Position numbers and translations under genes: made by a program. Positions 16,855 to 21,339 of a stretch of 21,339 nt of DNA are shown piece after piece (the first letter of the stretch is position 1; every line of letters begins with the position of its first letter). This stretch comes from Candidatus Dadabacteria bacterium (GTDB lineage: Bacteria; Desulfobacterota_D; UBA1144; Nemesobacterales; CSP1-2): NCBI GenBank assembly GCA_040289575.1, contig PSLL01000015.1, forward strand, positions 40,705-62,043, given 5' to 3'. The notes under the pieces were generated by a model. That model did no database searches, had not been told where the DNA came from, and was given only the letters and a program-made list of their open reading frames with translations.

Positions 16855-17370
16855 ATGAGAATTAAGGTGTCAGATATAGGTGAATCCGGTCTGCATATAA
16901 TCACATTCAGGAAACCTGAATGGCTGAGCAATGTCCCTGAGCTTGCCTCTGACGGCGGGGATACACATCTTTCCTCAAATCTCAACTTTGATCTCCATTT
17001 GACGAGGGTTTTGAAGGAGATTACGGTTCGCGGAAGAGCCTGGTTTTCAATTGAGACATACTGCGCGAGGTGCCTGAAAGATGTGGATTTAGTTCTTACA
17101 CCTGAGATAAAATTAACCCTTTTGCCTGAATCTACGCCGTACGAAGAGGACGAAGATATTGACTTTGAAACTTATACCGGGGATGAAATTGATCTTGGCG
17201 GTTATCTTCGTGAAATGATAGCGATTTCTTTACCGATAAAGGTGCTCTGCCGAGAGGCTTGTAAAGGACTCTGTCTTCACTGCGGAGCCAACTTAAACCT
17301 CGGGGCGTGTTCATGCAGGGATGATTGGGTGGATCCAAGGTTTGCGGCCTTAAGAAATCTGAAATTCTAG
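16855..17370 (+). CDS. yceD: DUF177 / YceD family protein
   Basis: CARCL and LPIKVLCREACKGLCLHCGANLN..C.C..DPRFAAL motifs, in the canonical position before rpmF. ATG 16855 preferred over TTG 16813. Confidence 0.88.
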   Translation: MRIKVSDIGESGLHIITFRKPEWLSNVPELASDGGDTHLSSNLNFDLHLTRVLKEITVRGRAWFSIETYCARCLKDVDLVLTPEIKLTLLPESTPYEEDEDIDFETYTGDEIDLGGYLREMIAISLPIKVLCREACKGLCLHCGANLNLGACSCRDDWVDPRFAALRNLKF

Positions 17371-17550
17371 TTATATATATATCCAGCCACCGACAGTTGA
17401 CATAGATGAGATACGTAGAATGCAAGATTATAGTATATGGGAGACAGAATAGGGAGAAGAAATACTGCTGAATTCTGCCTATTGTATTGTGAATTTTTCT
17501 TTTCGTCATTCATTTGTATCTAAATAAACTCAATTTGAGGAGAAATTCTG

Positions 17551-17730
17551 ATGGCACTTCCAAAGAGAAAGCCTTCTAAATCCAAGTCAAGAAAGCGGAG
17601 AACCCACTACAACATCTCCCCTCCGTCTCTTTCCATGTGTCCTAATTGTAATGAACTTAAACCTCCGCACAGGGTTTGTCCAAACTGCGGGTATTACAGA
17701 GGGAGGACGTTCAAAAAAGAAGAGGAGTAA
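17551..17730 (+). CDS. rpmF: 50S ribosomal protein L32 (zinc-ribbon form)
   Basis: Missed by the ORF track (59 aa): MALPKRKPSKSKSRKRRTHYNISPPSLSMCPNCNELKPPHRVCPNCGYYRGRTFKKEEE. SD GAGGAG upstream. Confidence 0.96.
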   Translation: MALPKRKPSKSKSRKRRTHYNISPPSLSMCPNCNELKPPHRVCPNCGYYRGRTFKKEEE

Positions 17731-18752
17731 TGGAGAGGATGAGAATCGCTCTCGATGTAATGGGCGGAGATTTTGCTCCAAGAGTCGTGGTTGAAGGGGC
17801 TCTTTTGGCTGTAAGAGAGCTTGGGACTCAAGTGGTTCTTGTGGGAAAAGAAGAACATATAAAAAGGGAGCTATCTGAGCTTGGGGGGATAGGAGAAAGA
17901 GGAATAGAGGTTTTGAACGCCTCTCAATTAATTGAGATGAAAGAGCCGATTACAAAAGCACTTAGGAAATCAGACTCTTCCATGAAGGTTTCATTGGAGC
18001 TTGTCCGCCGAGGGGAAGCAGATGCCTTTGTAAGCGCCGGGCATTCAGGAGCGGCAATGGCATTGGCGATGATTACGTTGGGAAAAATCCCGGGGGTTGA
18101 CAGACCCGCTCTAGGCGCGGTAATCCCAACGCTCAGGGGTTCTGCCGTTCTTATTGACGTTGGTGCGAATGTTGATTCAAAGCCTCTAAACCTAGTTCAG
18201 TTTGCAATTATGGGAGAGGCGTTTGGTAGGGCAATTCTCGAGCGCGAGAGGCCAAAGATCGGACTGCTCAGCAACGGAGAAGAGGATATTAAAGGAAATG
18301 AGACTACAAAACGCGCCCATTCTCTTCTCAGGGAAAGCTCCATAAATTATATAGGCTATGTTGAAGGAAAGGATATACTTCTAGGCGACGTAGATATAAT
18401 AGTTTGTGACGGATTCATAGGGAATATTCTTCTCAAAATGGGCGAGGGATTTGTCGAGCTTCTGCCTAAGTTCATAATGAAAAAAGCCCTTGAAAATACG
18501 AGAATAATAGGATACCTTCCTTCACTCGACGAATTTGATCTGATGATTAGGGAAAACTTTGATTATAACGAATATGGTGGTGCTCCGCTCTTGGGTGTAA
18601 GGGGTGTGTGCATCGTGGGTCACGGGAGATCAAGGGCAAAAGCCATAAAGAACGCAATCCGTATGGCAGAAGAATTTGCAAGGCGTGATTTAGTAAGTAG
18701 GATTGAGAAAGGAATCTCGGCTAATTTAAAATTAAATTCGGCAGCGAATTGA
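17730..18752 (+). CDS. plsX: Phosphate acyltransferase PlsX
   Basis: RIALDVMGGDFAP, FVSAGHSGA, IDVGANVD, GLLSNGEEDIKG, VCDGFIGN, YGGAPLLG and GHGRS. Start is either 17730 (TAATG coupling with rpmF) or 17739. Confidence 0.95.
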   Translation: MERMRIALDVMGGDFAPRVVVEGALLAVRELGTQVVLVGKEEHIKRELSELGGIGERGIEVLNASQLIEMKEPITKALRKSDSSMKVSLELVRRGEADAFVSAGHSGAAMALAMITLGKIPGVDRPALGAVIPTLRGSAVLIDVGANVDSKPLNLVQFAIMGEAFGRAILERERPKIGLLSNGEEDIKGNETTKRAHSLLRESSINYIGYVEGKDILLGDVDIIVCDGFIGNILLKMGEGFVELLPKFIMKKALENTRIIGYLPSLDEFDLMIRENFDYNEYGGAPLLGVRGVCIVGHGRSRAKAIKNAIRMAEEFARRDLVSRIEKGISANLKLNSAAN

Positions 18753-18759
18753 CACAATA

Positions 18760-19704
18760 ATGAGGGCATTTGTTTTTCCAGGACAGGGATCGCAATACGT
18801 AGGAATGGGACGGGAGCTTTACTATGCATTCCCGACTGCAAAAAGAACGTTTGATGAATCAAGCGAGGTACTTGGATTTGACATAGCGAGGCTCTGCTTT
18901 GAAGGCGATGCCGAGGAGTTAAGGCTTACGGCAAACACTCAGCCTGCGATTCTTACAGTAAGTGTTGCCGCCTGGAGGGTGCTCTATGAGGAAACCGGCG
19001 TTAAGCCTGATTTTACTGCCGGTCACAGTCTCGGTGAGTATTCCGCACTTGTCGCAAGCGGAGGTATGGATTTTAAAGATGCCGTTCGGATTGTGAGAAA
19101 GCGCGGGGAGTTTATGCAGACTGCCGTTCCCGACGGCGTGGGAGCGATGGCTGCGGTCCTTGGGCTTTCAAAAGAAAGAGTGGAAGAGATTTGCAAAGAG
19201 GCTTCAGCGGATGGCTTAACTGTAGCCCCCGCTAATTTTAATGCTCCGCAGCAGGTTGTGATTTCAGGAAATAAAGAGGCGGTTGAAAGAGCCGGTGTCC
19301 TATCAAAGTCAAGTGGAGCAAAAAGGGTAGTTTTTCTTGAAGTGAGCGCCCCGTTTCATTGTGCGTTGATGGCATCTGCATCTCGGAGGTTAGAAGAGGT
19401 TTTAAGTGCCGTAGAAATCCATGAGCTTCAAATCCCTGTTGTATCGAATTTTGATGCAAGGCCAAATAAAGATTCTTCTAAGGTAAAGAGGCTCCTCATA
19501 GATCAGGTTGCAAATCCTGTGAAGTGGGATGAATCAGTTGGAACATTGTATGAACTTGGTGTAAGGGAGTTTCTTGAGATCGGGCCGGGAAGCGTGCTTT
19601 CGGGTTTGATAAAAAGAATCGTCTTGGATGTCTCGGTGTCCAATCTTGAGAAATTAGACCATCTAAGGGCTGTCAGAGAGAAATGGAACTTGGAGATAAA
19701 ATAG
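18760..19704 (+). CDS. fabD: Malonyl-CoA-ACP transacylase
   Basis: FVFPGQGSQYVGMG, TQPAIL, catalytic GHSLGEY, VSAPFHC and EIGPGSVL. Confidence 0.96.
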   Translation: MRAFVFPGQGSQYVGMGRELYYAFPTAKRTFDESSEVLGFDIARLCFEGDAEELRLTANTQPAILTVSVAAWRVLYEETGVKPDFTAGHSLGEYSALVASGGMDFKDAVRIVRKRGEFMQTAVPDGVGAMAAVLGLSKERVEEICKEASADGLTVAPANFNAPQQVVISGNKEAVERAGVLSKSSGAKRVVFLEVSAPFHCALMASASRRLEEVLSAVEIHELQIPVVSNFDARPNKDSSKVKRLLIDQVANPVKWDESVGTLYELGVREFLEIGPGSVLSGLIKRIVLDVSVSNLEKLDHLRAVREKWNLEIK

Positions 19705-20426
19705 CGCTTGTAACGGGGGCATCAAGGGGGATCGGAAGAGCCGTGGCAGTTGAGCTTGCCTTGCGCGGGGCATTTGTCATAATTAATTATGCTCAAAGCG
19801 AATCCGCCGCAAGGGAGGTACTCTCCGAGATAGAGAATTCCGGTGGAAAGGGTCAGGTTCGCCAATTTGATGTATCCGATTTCTCAAAGGTTCAGGATGA
19901 GATTAATAGAATTGGGGAGGAACTTGGGGGGCTTCATATACTCGTAAATAATGCCGGAATTACAAAAGACGGACTTCTCCTGAGGATGAAGGAAGAAGAC
20001 TGGGACTTCGTCTTTTCTGTCAATTTAAAGGGTATATTTAACTGCACAAGGGCTGCGGCAAAGATTATGATGAAGCAGAGATTTGGGAGAATTATAAATG
20101 TTACTTCGGTTACAGGCGAGATGGGAAATGCCGGACAGGTCAATTACTCGGCGGCAAAGGCCGGTATAATTGGATTTACAAAATCGGCTGCAAAGGAGCT
20201 TGGCTCAAGAGGAATTACTGTAAATGCGGTAAGTCCGGGTTTTATTGAGACCGATATGACGCGTAATCTTCCTCAGAGTGCGAGAGAAAAATACATTGAA
20301 GGCATCCCCCTTGGAAGGTTTGGTCTTCCGCAAGACGTTGCAAAGGTCGTAGCGTTTCTTGCGTCCGATGATGCGTCTTACATTACCGGTGAGGTTGTGA
20401 GGGTAAACGGTGGACTTTATACTTGA
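19683..20426 (+). CDS. fabG: 3-oxoacyl-ACP reductase
   Basis: TGASRGIG, VNNAGITKD, GNAGQVNYSAAKAG (YxxxK) and PGFIETDMT. Overlaps the fabD end by 22 nt. Confidence 0.96.
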   Translation: MELGDKIALVTGASRGIGRAVAVELALRGAFVIINYAQSESAAREVLSEIENSGGKGQVRQFDVSDFSKVQDEINRIGEELGGLHILVNNAGITKDGLLLRMKEEDWDFVFSVNLKGIFNCTRAAAKIMMKQRFGRIINVTSVTGEMGNAGQVNYSAAKAGIIGFTKSAAKELGSRGITVNAVSPGFIETDMTRNLPQSAREKYIEGIPLGRFGLPQDVAKVVAFLASDDASYITGEVVRVNGGLYT

Positions 20427-20469
20427 GATTATATTTGGCTAGGAATTGATGCAAGTAGGCTTAAGTGAA

Positions 20470-20551
20470 AATATAAAGAAGAGTTCAGAAGTCGGAATAG
20501 AATTGAGGAGCATTTCTAGATCCAAGGTCCTGGCTTCTGATTTCTTATATT
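20470..20551. repeat. Imperfect stem-loop built from degenerate heptamer repeats between fabG and acpP
   Basis: Arms AATATAA/TTATATT, TCAGAAG/CTTCTGA and TAGAA/TTCTA. The 3' arm reads TTCTAGA TCCAAGG TCCTGGC TTCTGAT TTCTTAT. Confidence 0.5.
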
Positions 20552-20596
20552 CGTGTTCATCTGTAGCTACGAGAAAAATTTTTGGGAGGAATGGTT

Positions 20597-20833
20597 ATGG
20601 CATCTCTAAATGAACAGGAAGTCGTCGGCAAGGTAAAGAAGATGGTTGCGAGTCAGCTCGGTAAGCCGGAGGAGGAGATTTCTCTTGAGTCCGCTTTTAT
20701 AGAGGATCTAGGCGCGGATTCCCTTGATCTTGTGGAACTCGTTATGGCAATGGAGGATGAATTTGGACTTGAGATCTCGGACGAGGACGCAGAGCGGATT
20801 GTAACCGTTCAGGATGTAATAAACCATATATAG
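20597..20833 (+). CDS. acpP: Acyl carrier protein
   Basis: [20 protein letters not shown] (phosphopantetheine Ser in DSL). SD GGAGGA sits 6 nt before ATG 20597. Confidence 0.96.
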   Translation: MASLNEQEVVGKVKKMVASQLGKPEEEISLESAFIEDLGADSLDLVELVMAMEDEFGLEISDEDAERIVTVQDVINHI

Positions 20834-20835
20834 GG

Positions 20836-21339
20836 ATGAAAAGAAGGGTTGTAGTAACGGGGATAGGGCTTATAACACCGCTTGGCGCGGGGAACGAAAA
20901 AACATGGAAAGGTATATGTGAGGGACGCCCGGGAATAAGGCGGATTCAAAGGTTTGATCCGTCAATTCTCAAGACCCAGATAGCAGGTGAGGTACGGGAT
21001 TTCGATCCCGCGGATTTTATGGACCCTAAAGAGATAAGAAGGAGCGATCTATTTATTCAGTATGCCGTTGCCGCTACCAAACTCGCCCTTGATGATGCAC
21101 ATCTGGAAATTACGGAAGAACTCTCTCCGAATGTGGGGACGTTTGTCGGTTCTGGAATCGGCGGGCTCGATTCTTTTCATAAAAACGTTGTGGAGATGCA
21201 TGAGAGGGGACCGGGTCGAATATCCCCATTCTTTATTCCTACAATGATTGCGAATATGGCTTCTGGGTATGTATCCATATTTTTTCATGCAAAGGGACCA
21301 AATAGTTGCACAACCACGGCTTGTGCGGCAAGCGCCCAT
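20836..21339 (+). CDS. fabF: 3-oxoacyl-ACP synthase II (partial, runs off the window)
   Basis: Not in the ORF track. Manual translation MKRRVVVTGIGLITPLG...IAGEVRDFDP...GSGIGG...ISPFFIPTMIANMASG...GPNSCTTTACAASAH includes the catalytic Cys in TAC. Confidence 0.95.
   Translation, partial: MKRRVVVTGIGLITPLGAGNEKTWKGICEGRPGIRRIQRFDPSILKTQIAGEVRDFDPADFMDPKEIRRSDLFIQYAVAATKLALDDAHLEITEELSPNVGTFVGSGIGGLDSFHKNVVEMHERGPGRISPFFIPTMIANMASGYVSIFFHAKGPNSCTTTACAASAH

Noticed and set aside
17397..17421. Perfect TTGACA followed by TAGAAT upstream of rpmF
   Set aside because: The spacer is only 13 nt, and there is no good -10 at 16-18 nt.
1..21339. CRISPR array, tRNA/rRNA, IS/transposase, integrase or defence genes
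   Set aside because: No regularly spaced 25-40 nt repeats, cloverleaf or rRNA signatures, or recombinase/nuclease motifs were seen. The intergenic gaps are too short.

Overview
Bacterial chromosomal window, moderate GC (mostly low-to-mid 40s % by eye), largely housekeeping. Left to right: pyruvate dehydrogenase genes (partial lpdA divergent from aceE-aceF); a short-form Ppx/GppA phosphatase; a ~1.8 kb minus-strand accessory cassette; an nfeD-stomatin pair; a five-gene Opp/Dpp-type peptide ABC transporter; and the yceD-rpmF-plsX-fabD-fabG-acpP-fabF cluster, which lacks fabH and has fabF cut by the window edge. The cassette holds a Cys-rich MarR, a high-GC membrane-protein pseudogene, a small secreted protein with an FGVQIP motif at both ends, and an SdpR-like ArsR regulator. 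No rRNA, tRNA, CRISPR array or transposase was seen. The most novel-looking signals are the FGVQIP-repeat secreted protein paired with the ArsR and a palindromic operator, a duplicated GTGTATATACAC operator around the MarR, an 82-nt rod-like hairpin before the ABC operon, and heptamer tandem repeats and hairpins in several intergenic spacers. All assignments come from motif recognition only; no searches were run.
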